Shown here: piece after piece, positions 24,734 through 36,216 of the stretch
How the letters are laid out: every line of letters begins with the position of its first letter
Numbering within the stretch: position 1 is the stretch's first letter
Origin: a virus
IMG/VR virus record: IMGVR_UViG_3300045988_165521
DNA: 64,000 nt
Direction: 5' to 3' (one strand)
Position numbers and translations under genes: made by a program
The notes under the pieces: model-generated
Seen by the model: the letters and a program-made list of their open reading frames with translations, nothing else
What the model was told of the DNA's origin: nothing
Database searches by the model: none

Positions 24734-24870
24734 AGGGAAGGTAACCCTTTCTTTGGAAAAAGAACAAGACTTCTTAAAAGATTTCGAAGACTTACTAGCT
24801 AAATACGATGCCTATTTTGATGGCACAATTAGGTCTTATGAATTTGACGATTGTGAAATTATAGAAGAAA

Positions 24871-25212
24871 TTGAAGAAGTGAGAAGTTAATATTCCAATT
24901 TTTGATAAAGATATTTTAGTTATTCAGGATGAAGATATAAGTAAGATCACATCTTATTTAGAAGATATGTATTCTGTGCATCTTGAGTACCAATCTAATC
25001 TAACAGATGGTATTACTTGTATACTACCTAACGGATTAATTGTTATTGGATTAACCAATAACGATCCATATATTGCTTTACATGAATGTACTCATGCTGT
25101 ATTTGCTTTAAAAGAGATAATAGGATGATCAGATAACGATGAAGAAGTATTTTGTTATACTTTAGAATGAGTCTATAAGCATGTAACAAAGTATATAAAT
25201 TCTCATGATTAG
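24871..25212 (+). CDS. HExxH-motif protein (putative metallopeptidase-like; start uncertain; in-frame TGA)
   Basis: Frame open from 24865 to TAG 25210. HECTHAV motif. TGA at 24880 plus two more. Confidence 0.35.
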
Positions 25213-25645
25213 AGTATATACAGATGGTAGTTATAAACCAACATTAAATCAAGGTGGATATTCTTCAGTTATAACTGAAGATGGAAAAGTAATTAAAATT
25301 CTTTATCAAGGTTTTAAAAATACTACTAATAATAGACAAGAACTAAAAGGAGTTTTAGAAGCCTTAAAGTATTTTAAAACTCCTCAAGTTCTTGAAATTT
25401 ATTCTGATTCAAGCTATGTAGTTAGTAGTATAAATAATGGCCATGTGGCTAGATGAATCGAAGAAAAAGACGATTCAAAGAAAAATATGGATTTATGAAC
25501 TGAAATCTACAAGTTAATTCAGTTTCATAAAGTTACATTTGTCTGAGTAAAAGGACATAATAACAATGAATTTAATGAACTTGCAGATTTATATGCACAA
25601 CATGCTGCAGAATGTTTAGAATTAACAGAAGATGAAAAGTTTTAA
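25205..25645 (+). CDS. rnhA: ribonuclease HI (3 in-frame TGA)
   Basis: YTDGS...NNRQEL...YSDSSYV...W...DLW...VxWVKGH..N..NE.AD. TGA at 25454, 25496 and 25544 occupy positions that are Trp in RNase HI. Confidence 0.85.
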
Positions 25646-25991
25646 ATTAAGAAAAATTGGAAATCATTGGTATCCTTGTATTGATCATGAACTTGGAGAT
25701 CCTATTAATCTTACTGAAAAAGTTGACCGATATTTAAATATATTAGATCTCTCTAAATCAGGAGAAATTACAGTAGAACTAGAAGAATTAGGAATTTTAT
25801 TTGGAGGTATAAATATTATCTATTTTAACGAAGAGGATATTGTTCGATATTTGACTACTGATGATAATTTTGATATTCGTTTTGTTGTAAACGAACATGA
25901 GTTTCTTATATCTTCTGATGTTTATTGGTTATTGGAAAATCAATTTAATTTTAATTTTCATAAGACTAGTTATAAAATTCATATTTATTAG
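25632..25991 (+). CDS. hypothetical protein
   Basis: 119-aa ORF. Confidence 0.5.
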   Translation: MKSFKLRKIGNHWYPCIDHELGDPINLTEKVDRYLNILDLSKSGEITVELEELGILFGGINIIYFNEEDIVRYLTTDDNFDIRFVVNEHEFLISSDVYWLLENQFNFNFHKTSYKIHIY

Positions 25992-26030
25992 AGATAGCAG
26001 AAATGCTTTGTATTTTTAACCATTATAATT

Positions 26031-26606
26031 ATGGTAGTTAAAGAAACTGCAAAAGATCCTACTGGACCTAAAGATATTAGTAGGAGAGAATGTACATTAA
26101 GTAAAGAAATTCAAGAGTTATTACTTCGACAGCTTAAACATGAATTACAAAATCATAATATATACATGAATTTTGCTAATTATTTTGGAGTTCGTGGATT
26201 TGTAGTTCTCGAAGAGTATTTTAAATTAAGAGCCGATGAAGAATATTTGCATCATAGTTGGATTCGTAAGTATTTAAATGAAAATGATGCAGAATATATT
26301 TATCCTACTATTGATCAATTTGATAAAAAGATAGTGGATATGGTTGATCCATTCAAGATGACTGTTGATCTTGAAATTGAAACTACTCAAATGATCTATG
26401 AAATAGTTGATCAAGCTGCTGCTGAATGTGATTGGGCAACGTTTAACTGGCTTAATGGTCATGATCCTGTAACAGGTATGCTTGTAAATGAGCAAGTTGA
26501 GGAAGAATCTATTAGTCGTACAGCTTTAGATATTGCAGAATCAGAAGGTTCTTGGCTTCGGAAAGAGAAGTCTATTATGAACGCTTATAAAGGCGATACT
26601 GATTAA
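26031..26606 (+). CDS. ferritin-like protein
   Basis: Helical protein with ferritin-like E...EE..H spacing. The assignment is moderate. Confidence 0.5.
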   Translation: MVVKETAKDPTGPKDISRRECTLSKEIQELLLRQLKHELQNHNIYMNFANYFGVRGFVVLEEYFKLRADEEYLHHSWIRKYLNENDAEYIYPTIDQFDKKIVDMVDPFKMTVDLEIETTQMIYEIVDQAAAECDWATFNWLNGHDPVTGMLVNEQVEEESISRTALDIAESEGSWLRKEKSIMNAYKGDTD

Positions 26607-26617
26607 TAGTTAAATCT

Positions 26618-27418
26618 ATGTTAATTCAACTTCCAGATACAATTAAAGACTTATACTTTGTTGGCGATGTTCATGCTGGATGAAATATAGTTACTTATTA
26701 TATTCGACAATACAAAATTAAGGACTCTGTTTTTATTTTTTGTGGAGATGTTGGTATTGGATTTGAAAGTCTAATGCATTATGCTAATTGTGTAGTTCCT
26801 CAACTTCATAAGACATTAAAGAAATTTAATGACATATTTATTTGGGTTAGAGGTAATCATGATGATCCATCCTATTTTGAACAAAGGCTAATTGATACTA
26901 AATACGTAAAATGTGTTTCAGATTATGATATTATTAATGTTTGTAATTTAAACGTTTTATGTATAGGTGGAGGTATTAGTATTGATAGACAGTTTCGTAT
27001 GCAAAATGATAGTGTTAGTATAGTTAGATATATGAAATATCATAATTGTGACTATCAAACTGCAGAACTGAGTTGTCTTAAATCATATTGGCCTGATGAG
27101 CCAGTAATATATCGTCCAAAAGTAGAAGAACACATTGATATTATTTGTAGTCATTCCGCTCCTTCTTTTTGTTATCCAAATGATAAAGGAGGAATTGTAA
27201 AAGACTTTGCAGCATACGATTCTGAGTTATTAAATGATATTGACAATGAGCGAGCTGTATTAGATCGAGTATATGAGGATTATAAGAATGAAGTAACACA
27301 TTGGTATTATGGTCATTTTCATAAAAACCAAATGCAGACTATTAATAATACAATGTTTAAACTTTTAAATATTGGCGAAATTGTTCGACACTACTCAGAC
27401 AATAACAATACATTGTAA
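26618..27418 (+). CDS. metallophosphoesterase (1 in-frame TGA)
   Basis: GDVHAGW...GDVG...RGNHD...H..P...GHFH motifs. In frame with track ORF 26774. Confidence 0.7.
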
Positions 27419-27710
27419 GATAGTTGCTATTGAAGATGGTCAGTATACAGCTATTGTAGTAGAAGATCTGAATCGAATAGAAACAGATGATCTTAAATAT
27501 GTTACTGTTGTTAAATGTCCAAACTGAGATATTTCTACTTTTGAAATTGGAGATATAGGTTATCTTCAATTTCAATATGTAGAAGGAGGAAAGACACAAT
27601 GATACAACAAAGATTCAAAAGATTTTGAAATTTATAAATATACAAATAATTATTTTATAAGTTTTATTAAAGAAAAAGATATATGTAATCAAAAAGAATT
27701 TAATTTTTAA
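27372..27710 (+). CDS. hypothetical protein (start uncertain; 2 in-frame TGA)
   Basis: The frame is open to TAA 27708. There is no ATG, so a TTG start is possible. Confidence 0.3.
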
Positions 27711-27712
27711 AT

Positions 27713-28555
27713 ATGCGTAAAGAGACAGAATTTGGCGAGAAGTTACGTAGCGTGTTAGAATCAATTGATTCCTTAACATGGAGAGACAAAAGTGGGAATG
27801 ATGTTAAACTTGTTGATGCATCTGTAGAGGACTTACGTAAATGATATAAGCACTGTTATGAGATGTTACATAACGTTAGTCCTTGGAATCCTGGTAAGTT
27901 TATAGTTAGAGAAAACATTCATCGAACTTGAGATTCATGTAATACGGAACTATTTGTTAGATACATTCTTCATGAATGCGAAACAGATATCAAAACTAAG
28001 AAAGATATCTTAGATTATATTAATAAACAAAGAGCAGCATCTGAAAAAGATATACTAAATGATTCAATAGCAAGTATATTTAATGGTGTTCCTCCTATTT
28101 TTGAAAAAGTAACAGTAAATCGTCTTATGGATGCTTGTTTTGATAAACTTGACGTTCTTAATAAGAAAATGATTACTGATAAATTCATTTTAGCACAAGG
28201 AATTTGGCTAACGGACGAGGAAAAAATTGAGCTAACTGAAGTTGGCAAAGACGGCAAAGCAAGAAATAGAATGGAAGTTATTAAGGAACGATTGTGTTTA
28301 AATCCTGATATCAAATTAAGAGTTAGTCCTACAGGGTTATCTTTTACAGAATTTAGATCTTTAGTTCAACTTAGCTCTTTACCAAAAATTTCTTCTTTAA
28401 CTACAATTGCACTGAAAACACTAAGAGATAAGATCTTATTACTTTTAGATAACGATCTCGATTATCATATAAATAAATGAAGTACATTAATGTCTAATAT
28501 TCAACGAGTTGCGGATGCTCGAAATATTGAAATTAATCCTCCTGCAGGAAATTAA
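27713..28555 (+). CDS. hypothetical protein (3 in-frame TGA)
   Basis: ATG 27713, in frame with track ORF 28127, to TAA 28553. Confidence 0.5.
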
Positions 28556-28592
28556 TTAGTACTAAAAATTTTATTTTTTAAATAAAAATTTG

Positions 28593-28600
28593 TATCTTTG
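28593..28600 (+). promoter_or_regulatory. TAnnTTTG box (TATCTTTG) abutting the helicase ATG
   Basis: The octamer is identical to those at 13371 and 55145. There is no clear -33 TTTG, and its position directly before the ATG makes its role uncertain. Confidence 0.3.
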
Positions 28601-29824
28601 ATGAACAGAACGGAACGTCAAAAGCTTGCTATTAGACGTTGATTAGATAGTAATGGGATAGGCACAATTGTTGCTGCAACTGGATTTGGTAAGACCTATA
28701 TGACTTGCATGTTGATAAAGGCACTATATAATAAAAATCCTAGACTATCTGTATTAATTGGAGTTCCTACAGAGGTTCTAAAAGAACAATGACTTAGAGA
28801 GTTGGCTAAAAACCAACTCTTTTCTGTCTGTAAGGTAGAGATATTTAACACTATTGTTAAAAATCAGTATACAGTTGATTTATTTGTAATTGATGAAATT
28901 CATTGCGCATGTAGTGAAAATAACATCAATATGTTTAAAGCTGTAAAATATCGTTATTTTTTAGGATTAACTGCTACATTTGAGAGATTAGACGGAAAAG
29001 AAGACCGATTATCTGAGTTTACTTATGTTTGTGATCGTATAAATATAAAGGAAGCAGTTGATAATAATTGATTATCTGATTATAGAAATTATAAAGTTTT
29101 AATTGATGTAGACTTATCTCTATATCATGAATGAAATCAGAAATTTCAAAATCTATTTTCTATATTTAATTTTGAATTTAATACAGTAATGAATTGTATT
29201 AGTCGTCCTGGTTTTGCAAGTAAATATGCAAAGAAAACAGGATGAAGTGAATCTCAAGTTAAAGGATTTGCAGCAGCTTGAATGAGAATGTTAAGAAAAC
29301 GTAAGTCTTTTGTAATGTCTCATCCTAAGAAATTTGAAATAGCAGATAAGATATTAGATGCAAGAAGTAATAAAAAAGCAATTACTTTTTCAGCTACTAT
29401 TAAAGATGCAGAATATTTTAAGAAACGAGGATATGTTTTACATAGTAAACAGAAAAAGAAGGAAAATAATACCATTATAGAAAGTTTTAACCAACAAACT
29501 ATAGGTGTATTAAGTACTTCAAAATCTTGCGACGCAGGTGTAGATATAAAAGGGTTAAGTGTTGGAATTATATTAAGTGGAGATAGTTCAAAGACAAGGA
29601 CTACGCAGAGGATTGGAAGAATTTGTCGATTCGAACAAGGTAAACTCGCAGAAATGTTTACACTAGTTATTAAGGGAACTATAGAAGAAACCTGATATAA
29701 TAACTCTAATTCAAACCAACAGTATATAACTATTGATGAATCACAATTAGATATAGTGTTAAGTGGAAAGGAGATTTCTACTAGACCAAAAAAAGGCATA
29801 ATAGATATAGAACATAGATTTTAA
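28601..29824 (+). CDS. SF2 (DEAD/DEAH-like) helicase (7 in-frame TGA)
   Basis: ATGFGKT, DEIH, TATFER and QRIGR motifs. Track ORFs 28802 and 29282 lie in the same frame. Confidence 0.7.
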
Positions 29825-29870
29825 TAAATAGATCTAACGTAGTACGTTTGTTTATTTTTTATCGTATTAT

Positions 29871-30476
29871 ATGGAGTTAGATACGATTCTTAATATTATG
29901 GCTAAATATAAACTAACAGCTGATGAGTTACTGTTAGTTTATTTAACGTTTATTGCTCAAACAGAAAATGGAGATCCTAAAATAAATAGGAACTATTTTC
30001 GAAGGTGATATGAAGGGGGCGGCAAAGAAAGATTACGAGAATTATTCAATTCACTAAAAGAGAAAGGAGTAATCAGGAAAAACTATAACCCAAGTACTTA
30101 TGATCCTGATGAAATTGAATTTAATCAGAATTTTATAAAACAATATTTTAAACTTTCTGGAGAGCTTGGCATGGAATTAGAGGATGCTTATCCAACTAAT
30201 TTATACTTTAATGGGAAAACAGTTAGTTTAAAAAATATTGCAAAGAAATTCTTAAATATGTCAGAATTCTACTTCTGATATTCCTCTACTATTGGACATA
30301 GTATTGAAAAGCATCGTGAAATATTAGAGATACTAGAATGAGCTAAATCTAAAGATCTTGTACAAGTTTCTATGATTGAATTTGTTTCCAGTCAAAAATG
30401 GAAAGAGTTTAAAGAAATGCGAGATAAAGGAATTAATGGCAAAGTTAGTACTGAACAACTTTACGATACTGCTTAA
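29871..30476 (+). CDS. hypothetical protein (3 in-frame TGA)
   Basis: ATG 29871 to TAA 30474. Confidence 0.45.
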
Positions 30477-31600
30477 TGTCTATTGTAGATGAATTATATT
30501 CTGAAATTGACAATGGTAGAGAAGGTAGAAACTTAGGTTTAAAAACTGGATTGCCAAAGTTGGATTGATATACAGGCGGATTCCAAAAAGGAGTTTACAA
30601 ATTAATATTTGGACAAAGTGGTTCAGGTAAAAGTTCATATGTAATATATTCTGATTTATATCGTATATTACGAGATTATCCAGATAGAGATATTGTACAT
30701 GTATATTTTAGTCTGGAAATGAGTTCGAAAGTTTTACTTGCTAAATTGCTTAATCTATATATATATGATACTTATGGAATAGAAATTTCTTATATGACAC
30801 TAATGTCCGTTCGAGAAAAACTATCTGATAAATATTATAAGTATATTCAAGAGTCCAGAGTATGACTAAACTCAATCATACATAAGCTTATTATCTTTGA
30901 TAAACAGCTAAGTTCTAATACTTTCTATGGTAATATGAAAGAACTTCTAAAACAATGAGGTACTTTTCAAGATATTGATGAAGGTAGAAGAAATATTTAT
31001 ATTCCAAGTAATCCCGATAAAATAATAAATGTAATAATTGATCATGCTGGTTTATTAACTCCAGTTGATGGTAGAACTAAAAAACAGGAAATTGATCAAA
31101 CCTCGCAATACTGCGTTTATTTTAGAGAAAAGTGTGGAATATCTATTGACTTTATTATGCAAGAAAATAGAAACACAAGTGATGTAAATAGATTAAAAAT
31201 GGATCTTGCAGAGCCAACCCTTGATGATGTTAAGGATTCTGGTAATGCAGGTAATGACTGTAATATTTGTGTTGCAGTATATAATCCTATAAAACATCAA
31301 CGTAGTACTTATAGAGGATATACTATCATTAATAAAGAATATCCAGAAGAATCTTTAGGTTCTGCTATGCGTGGATTAATATTATTAAAACATCGATTTG
31401 GAGTTGCAAATAAAGTTTTTTGTACTGGCTTTCAAGGTAGTTTAGGACGATTTGAGGAACTTCCTGATCCAGGAAGTATTAATTATGAAGTATATCAATC
31501 TTGAAAAGATGAGAAGTTAGAAGATGAAATAACAAAAGATACAGCTGCAAAAGATGCAGAAGAAAAAGATAGCTTACAAAAACCAATATTCAAATTTTAA
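30476..31600 (+). CDS. DnaB-like replicative helicase (RecA-fold domain; 4 in-frame TGA)
   Basis: Walker A GQSGSGKS and Walker B-like IIDHAG. Track ORF 31157 is in frame. Confidence 0.6.
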
Positions 31601-31602
31601 AT

Positions 31603-33479
31603 ATGGCTATCACATTACCAACAAACAAAATTCCTGCAGAAACTCAGGACCCAAGAAATTTAATTATTTTCTCAAAACCAAAATACGGTGGCTTTCGCCG
31701 TGTATTATAGTAATATAATACTTATGAATGGGCAAAAACGGTGAATTCTAAAAATTTGCCATATATTTACATTCTTAGTTGGAATTTCCAGAATCTTTAT
31801 GTAAATTTGCATTATTAATTTTTAAACTAAAATAATTATTATGCAAATTAAAAGACAAAAATATTCGTATGAATTATTACAAGAGTGTTCAAATTATTTA
31901 AATACACACTCTCTTAAGGAAACAGCTATACACTATAACCTTAGTTATAAAACAATGATAAATGGGTTAATTAGGTTTGGATTTTATACTCCAACTAGAA
32001 AACACAAAATAACTAAGAACAACTGCTATAATCAAAATTTCTTTAGTAAAATTGATTCTCATGATAAAGCATACTTTTTAGGATTTTTAATGGCAGATGG
32101 GTATATTTGTACAACTCCTTACAATAAACAAATAGGAATTGGGATTCAGACAAAAGATAAATATATATTAGAATACTATAAAAATTTAATAGGTAAAAAA
32201 TTAAATATAAAACAATATAAAAATTCTAGTAAACTAACTATTACTAGTACTATAATGTATAGTGATCTAACTAAATTAGGATTTATAGAAAATAAATCTC
32301 ATAATGACTATCATTTTCCAGATATTCCTGATGAATTTAAATCATCTTTCATTTGTGGATATTTTGATGGAGATGGGTGTATAACTATAAAATCTACAGG
32401 ATTTAGTGTATGTTCAATATGTTGTAATTCTAAAATATTCTTAGAAGATTTAAAATCTATATTGGCAAAATATAACATACTATGTAGACCTATCTGTAAA
32501 GAAATAAAAAATAGAAAAAATTCAATATATGTTTTATATTTATCAGGAAGATCCAACCAATTAAAATTTAAGGATTTTATATATAAGAGCGTTAATGTTT
32601 ATCTTGTACGTAAATATGATAAATTTATGAAAATACCGTGCTAACTGTTGTAATAATATATAATGGTAGTGTAACGCGTAGGAAGTGAACCTGTTATACA
32701 GAATATAATCTTCCCAAGAGTGTCCATTATCCTTATGGGATAAAAATGTACGCTGAACTATAAGGAAACTTATAGAAGTAGAGATAAAAAGCTCTACGAT
32801 AACAAAATTGAAAAGCACAGCTTGTGCTAATCTTCCTGGAGCATTATGTATCGACCTTGAAGGGGGTGGATATGATTATATTGATGCTGTAAAGGTAAAA
32901 GCATCTTCTGTTAAAGATTTAAAAGAAATTTGTGCTGCAATTAAGGAAGCTAAATATCCTTATAAGTTTATTGTATTGGATACAATTACTAGACTTGAAG
33001 AAATGGTTAAACCATTAGCTTTAAAGTTATATTTAAATAGTCCTGCAGGACAAAAGTTTACAGGAGATGACGTACTTGATGCACCAATGGGAGCAGGATA
33101 TAGCGCTCTTCGTAAGGCATTAGAGATGGTTATTGATATGGTATCTAAATGTGCACCTAATATTATTCTTATTTGTCATACAAAGGATTCAGCAATCGGT
33201 AATACTGATATGACTGCAAAGACTATTGACTTATTTGGAAAAGCAGGTAGAATTCTTGCTTCAAAGTCAGATGCTATTGGTTATTTAGATAGAGATGAAG
33301 ATTCAAATACTATTCTAAGTTTTAATACAAATGATAAATTTGTAGAATGTGGTGCTAGACCAGAACATTTACGAAATGCAGATGTAGTATTAGGAGAAAT
33401 GAAGGAAGATGGAAATATTGAATTTCATTGGGAAAGAATTTATCCTTCACTTTTAAATCCTGTAGAAGTTAATATATAA
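31603..33479 (+). CDS. Sak4-like/RecA-fold ATPase, split by a group I intron: join(31603..31689,32811..33479)
   Basis: Exon 1 ends ...IIFSKPKYG and exon 2 starts KSTACANL, so the join restores Walker A G-KS/T. Confidence 0.65.
31802..31809 (+). promoter_or_regulatory. TAnnTTTG box (TAAATTTG) upstream of the LAGLIDADG ORF
   Basis: 32 nt upstream of ATG 31841. The -33 element is imperfect. Confidence 0.35.
31841..32644 (+). CDS. LAGLIDADG homing endonuclease (double-motif)
   Basis: YFLGFLMADGYI and FICGYFDGDGCI. Confidence 0.85.
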   Translation: MQIKRQKYSYELLQECSNYLNTHSLKETAIHYNLSYKTMINGLIRFGFYTPTRKHKITKNNCYNQNFFSKIDSHDKAYFLGFLMADGYICTTPYNKQIGIGIQTKDKYILEYYKNLIGKKLNIKQYKNSSKLTITSTIMYSDLTKLGFIENKSHNDYHFPDIPDEFKSSFICGYFDGDGCITIKSTGFSVCSICCNSKIFLEDLKSILAKYNILCRPICKEIKNRKNSIYVLYLSGRSNQLKFKDFIYKSVNVYLVRKYDKFMKIPC

Positions 33480-33489
33480 TCTAAGGATT

Positions 33490-33945
33490 ATGCTAAAGGT
33501 ATCTTTTGAATTTGACGAAGAATCGAAGGCTGTTACAAATGTTAAAGTTGTTAAAGTGCCTTCAAAATATGATAATATAGATTTACCAATTGTAGAGATA
33601 GGAGATAGTAAGTTAATTATGTCTCCTAAAGCCGTTAGTTTATTATCTGCACAATGCGGAGATCGGATAGCAGTTAATTATATCCAAAAAAGTAACGAGC
33701 TTACAATCCCAGTTATCGGTAAAGCTGAAGTATTTTCAGATCCTGAAAATGGGAACAAATTAACAAAAAGTAATACAGTCTCTTTTAAAGGGACTCAAAA
33801 AACAATTTTATCTAAATATGGTCAACTCTTTAAAATAGAGGAATGTAGACCTGGTATGTTTAAAATGATTAAGATTGATGAATCAGATCTTTCTAAAGCT
33901 GATACCGATTTAGATACAGAAAATTCAGATTTATTAAAAATTTAA
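33490..33945 (+). CDS. hypothetical protein
   Basis: 151-aa ORF. Confidence 0.5.
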   Translation: MLKVSFEFDEESKAVTNVKVVKVPSKYDNIDLPIVEIGDSKLIMSPKAVSLLSAQCGDRIAVNYIQKSNELTIPVIGKAEVFSDPENGNKLTKSNTVSFKGTQKTILSKYGQLFKIEECRPGMFKMIKIDESDLSKADTDLDTENSDLLKI

Positions 33946-33957
33946 AATTATAAGAAT

Positions 33958-34623
33958 ATGTCAATGTTTGATTTTAGTGTAGCAAAGAATGCAAATCAAG
34001 TAACTTCTACTTTCCTTCGTGGAGGAATCCATAATGTAACCTATAAAGGTATTGAATGAGTAGCTAGTCAGAGTGAAGGTAATTCTGATGCTTTTGTTTT
34101 GTTATTTGAAACAAAGGACGGTATCCAGCATCGAGAAACTATTTTTGATCCAAGTAATATAAGTAATTGTACTCAGAGAGCTACAACTCAGTATGGAGAA
34201 AATCCATCTGAAATGGAAAACTTTATGGTTAAGATTACTCAAATCATTAATGCTCTTAATCCTGAATTAGGTGCAAAAATTGCTGCAGGAGAAAAGATTG
34301 AAGTAAGTAGCTTTAAGGCTCTTGCTAAATATTTAAAGGAAAACTTAGCAAGTTCTGTTGGTAAGGAAACTCAAATCAAGTTAATTCCTTATAAAGGTTT
34401 TGCTAATATGCCTAAGTATGTTGCATCAGTAGGTAAAGATGGAGTAGTTCGTAGTAAAACAAAAGTTATTGGTGAAGATTTAACTTTAACTGCTAGAGAA
34501 AAGACTGATATTGAGAATGCTAACTCTGCACAACCTACTAACATGAAAGAACGGGATAAGGATTTAGACGATCTTAAGGAAACGTTTAATGTAAAAGGCT
34601 CAGAAGACGACTTGCCATTCTAA
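33958..34623 (+). CDS. possible ssDNA-binding protein (1 in-frame TGA)
   Basis: Acidic C-terminal tip ...EDDLPF resembles the SSB tail. It sits within the replication gene cluster. Confidence 0.4.
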
Positions 34624-34645
34624 AAAATAATATAGTTAAATTTTA

Positions 34646-35674
34646 ATGGTCTTTACATTAGAACCGATAAATATCACTAAAGAACTTATTTTAAGTAAAG
34701 TTAGTGAAGAAACTTTAATGGAGCATTACTTGGGCATTCCTGTAAAAAAAGGATTGTTCAAGTCTCCATTAAGGCAAGATAGTAAACCTACCTGCGCATT
34801 TTATAGGAATAGGAAAGGAGATTTAATATTTAAAGATTTTCGTGGAGACTTTTATGGAAATTTTATTTCGGTTGTAATGTATAAATTCGATTGTCCTTAT
34901 GGCAAGGCTTTACAAATAATTGCTAATGACTTTGGAATAGTTTCCCGCAAAAATTTAACTATAAATAAACCTCTTATTAAATATACAAATCAAAAGTTTA
35001 ATGATACTACTCAAGCTGTTATTCAAATTGAAGATAAGTCTTGAGAAGATTATGAACTTGAATGGTGATCTAAATATGGTATAGATAAAACTATACTAAA
35101 AAAGTTTCATGTATTTTCATGTAAAAATGTATTTTTAAATGGAAGTATATTTAGTTTACATAAAGATCGGCAATTAGTATTTGGATATTATGGAGGTATT
35201 CGAGAAGATATAGAACGTTGACGTATATATTTTCCTGGAAATATAAAGTATAAGTTTATTTCAAATTGAAAGTCATTTAGATTACAAGGTGCTCATGCAC
35301 TTCCAAAAAATGGAGGAGAATATTTAGTTGTAACGAAATCTTTAAAGGATGTTATGACTCTTTATTCATGTGATAAAATTCCTGCAATAGCTCCAATTTC
35401 TGAAAATTGTTTTTTAACTGAAGCTCAATATACAAAGTTAAAGTCTAAATTCAACAAGATAATTTTATTCTATGATAATGACCTTGCTGGAATTGAAAAC
35501 ATGAATAAAATTCGTAAGAAATTTCCTGACGTACATGTATTATTTATACCTAGACATTATAAAGCTAAGGATATATCAGATTTTTATAAAATGTATGGAA
35601 GGACTAAAACTTTAGAATTAATTGAAAAAGCAAAAAACTACATCTCAGAAAAAGAAAACAGGAGCATACTGTAG
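34646..35674 (+). CDS. DNA primase (Toprim; 4 in-frame TGA)
   Basis: Toprim-like VVTKSLKD...YDNDLAG. Track ORFs 34646 and 35354 lie in the same frame. Confidence 0.6.
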
Positions 35675-36017
35675 AAATAAAGGACATAGATATGAGACAA
35701 AAATTGCTCAGGAACTTAGAAATCTTGGATTTACAGATGTAGTTACATCAAGATCTGAGTCTAAGAGTATGGATGACAAAAAAGTGGATTTAGTTGATCG
35801 CAGTGGTAAGTTACCATGTTATATACAATTGAAAAATACTGTTAATACACCTCAATATCATGCTATTAAAAAAGAATGTCCTTTAAAAGATAAACCTTTT
35901 ATTGTAATTTGAAATAAACAAGTTAAGAAAGAAAAAGTATTTGGTTCTGCAGGAGAAGTAGTAATCATGGATAAAGACTTTTTCTATGAACTCTTATCAA
36001 AATTAATTAATGGATAG
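35622..36017 (+). CDS. PD-(D/E)XK / resolvase-like nuclease (1 in-frame TGA)
   Basis: GHRYE...VDLVD...IQLK pattern. Confidence 0.4.
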
Positions 36018-36216
36018 TTGTAGAGTAGTGTTCACCTCTGCTTCTGGACAAAAAATCATTATTGTATTTACATATGATGAAGAGAAGGATGAATTAAATT
36101 ACGTCCCTCGATTTGAACCTCAAGTTGATGCAAAAACTCAATTAGGTTTGTCTGGAAAGTTATGTGAAATATTTTTAGAAGCATTATCTAGCAAAGATGG
36201 AACAACAAAAGATTAG
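36010..36216 (+). CDS. hypothetical protein
   Basis: 68-aa ORF. Confidence 0.4.
   Translation: MDSCRVVFTSASGQKIIIVFTYDEEKDELNYVPRFEPQVDAKTQLGLSGKLCEIFLEALSSKDGTTKD

Larger units (their letters stand above)
31690..32810 (+). mobile_element. Group I intron carrying a LAGLIDADG gene
   Basis: P1: exon ATACGGT (31683-31689) pairs with GCCGTGT (31697-31703), with a U-G wobble at the splice site. The intron ends ...AAAATTG. Reading frame is restored exactly. Confidence 0.7.

Noticed and set aside
28015-29799. Minus-strand ORFs 28015-28314 and 29320-29799, and others such as 12569-13012, 26274-26495, 32311-32818, 45104-45421, 57109-57393.
   Set aside because: They lie antisense to well-supported + strand genes, several with clear enzyme motifs. 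They are low-complexity AT-rich frames and appear long mainly because the sense genes were fragmented by TGA in the track.
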